Shown here: positions 62,789 to 64,000 of the stretch, piece after piece
Position numbering within the stretch: the first letter of the stretch is position 1
Layout of the letters: the number at the start of each line of letters is the position of its first letter
DNA from: Octopus sinensis
Lineage: Eukaryota
Assembly (NCBI RefSeq): GCF_006345805.1
Contig: NW_021833635.1
Coordinates: 1 to 64,000 of the forward strand
Length of the DNA stretch: 64,000 nt
Reading direction: 5' to 3'
The notes under the pieces: model-generated
Databases searched by the model: none
Told to the model about the DNA's origin: nothing
What the model saw: the letters and a program-made list of their open reading frames with translations, nothing else
Made by a program: the position numbers and the translations under genes

Positions 62789-63012
62789 GTGTATGTGTGT
62801 GTATGTGCATGTATGTGTGCCTGAGTTTTTAACCCCACCATCGCTTGACGGCCGATGTTGCTGTGTTCACGCCCCCCGTAAACTAGCGGTTCGGCAAAAG
62901 ACGCCGATAGAATAAGAGCTAGGCTTACAAAGAATGTATCCGGGAGTCGATTTGTTCAACTAAAGGCAGTGCTCCAGCATAGCCGCAGTCACATGAACGA
63001 AACGAATAAAAC
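62670..63012 (+). mobile_element. SINE family B (5'-truncated, diverged)
   Basis: Match to consensus. Confidence 0.75.
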
Positions 63013-63070
63013 ACTAAAAAGCGACGCCATTCTAATCCCGAGCAAAGCCGGGTATATCTGCTGGGTATTG

Positions 63071-63144
<74 letters not shown>

Positions 63145-63167
63145 TATATATATATAAGTATATATAT

Positions 63168-63575
63168 AGGCGCAGGAGTGGCTGTGGTAAGTAGCTTGTT
63201 TACCAACCACATGGTTCCGGGTTCAGTCCGACTGCGTGGCACCTTGGGCAAGTGTCTTCTACTATAGCCTCGGGCCGACCAAAGCCTTGTGAGGGGATTT
63301 GGTAGACGGAAACTGAAAGAAGCCCGTCGTATATATATGTATATATATGCGTGTGTGTGTTTGTGTGTCTGTGTTTGTCCCCCTAGCATTGCTTAACAAC
63401 CGATGCTGGTGTGTTTATGTCCCCGTTACCTAGCGGTTCGGCAAAAGAGACCGATAGAATAAATACTGGGCTTACAAAAAGAATAAGTCCCGGGGTCGAG
63501 TTGCTCGATTAAAAGGCAGTGCTCCAGCATGGCCGCAGTCAAATGACTGAAACAAGTAAAAGAGTAAAAGAGGAT
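63168..63575 (+). mobile_element. SINE family B
   Basis: Full-length match. Confidence 0.9.
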
Positions 63576-64000
63576 ATATATATATTGATAACTTGTTTGG
63601 AATGGAACTAACTAGAGGCACCAGTTCCTATCGGCACAATTTAAGTTTGTGTTGCTCCACATTCTTGGAAATTATTATAACCATCCTCATCGTTCTAATA
63701 ACGCTCGGTTTTGTTTCTCTAGTAAAACGACGTTATTAGTTTCTCAAGACACCGATTATATAGGATGAGGAGGGATTGATGCTTTTGTTCAGTTAACAAG
63801 CCAAAAACATTGTCCTTAGATCTGTTTTCCTTAAATCCTTTATTATCTTGCAGATTTAATCCTCAACAGTTTCTATGCTGAGGTGTCTGAATTAACTTAG
63901 ATCTCCTATCTCGATTTCTTTCGATATCTCCGCGTACAATCTAAATATCGTATTATATATGTAACTATAGCAAGATTTCCCGGTTAGGTCAGCGTACAGC

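Overview
AT-rich, repeat-saturated eukaryotic non-genic DNA. The SINE families, microsatellite load and LINE types fit an Octopus (coleoid cephalopod) genome; this is inference. No host protein-coding exon could be supported. The window contains about 50 tRNA-derived SINE copies of at least six modular families, a near-full-length disabled Tx1-clade LINE (8695-14051) plus two other Tx1 fragments, and a 5'-truncated Penelope element (RT + GIY-YIG) with an inverted pseudo-LTR. It also has R4/Dong-type and other RLE LINE ends, CR1 and RTE fragments, a deleted mariner, Helitron remnants, several MITEs and long microsatellites. Two candidate systems stand out. (1) A tRNA-headed, trinucleotide-microsatellite-bodied short element that ends in a Penelope-type minimal hammerhead ribozyme. 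It has 3 copies, two of them head-to-head like a Penelope inverted pLTR, which suggests a Penelope-mobilised ribozyme SINE. (2) A Tx1 LINE / SINE pair in which the SINE appears to borrow the LINE 3' stem-loop and also carries the LINE insertion site (GGTATTTCGTCTGCCG), so LINE and SINE copies nest inside SINEs and build tandem arrays. All alignments and folds were done by eye; family names need Dfam/Repbase/Rfam confirmation.
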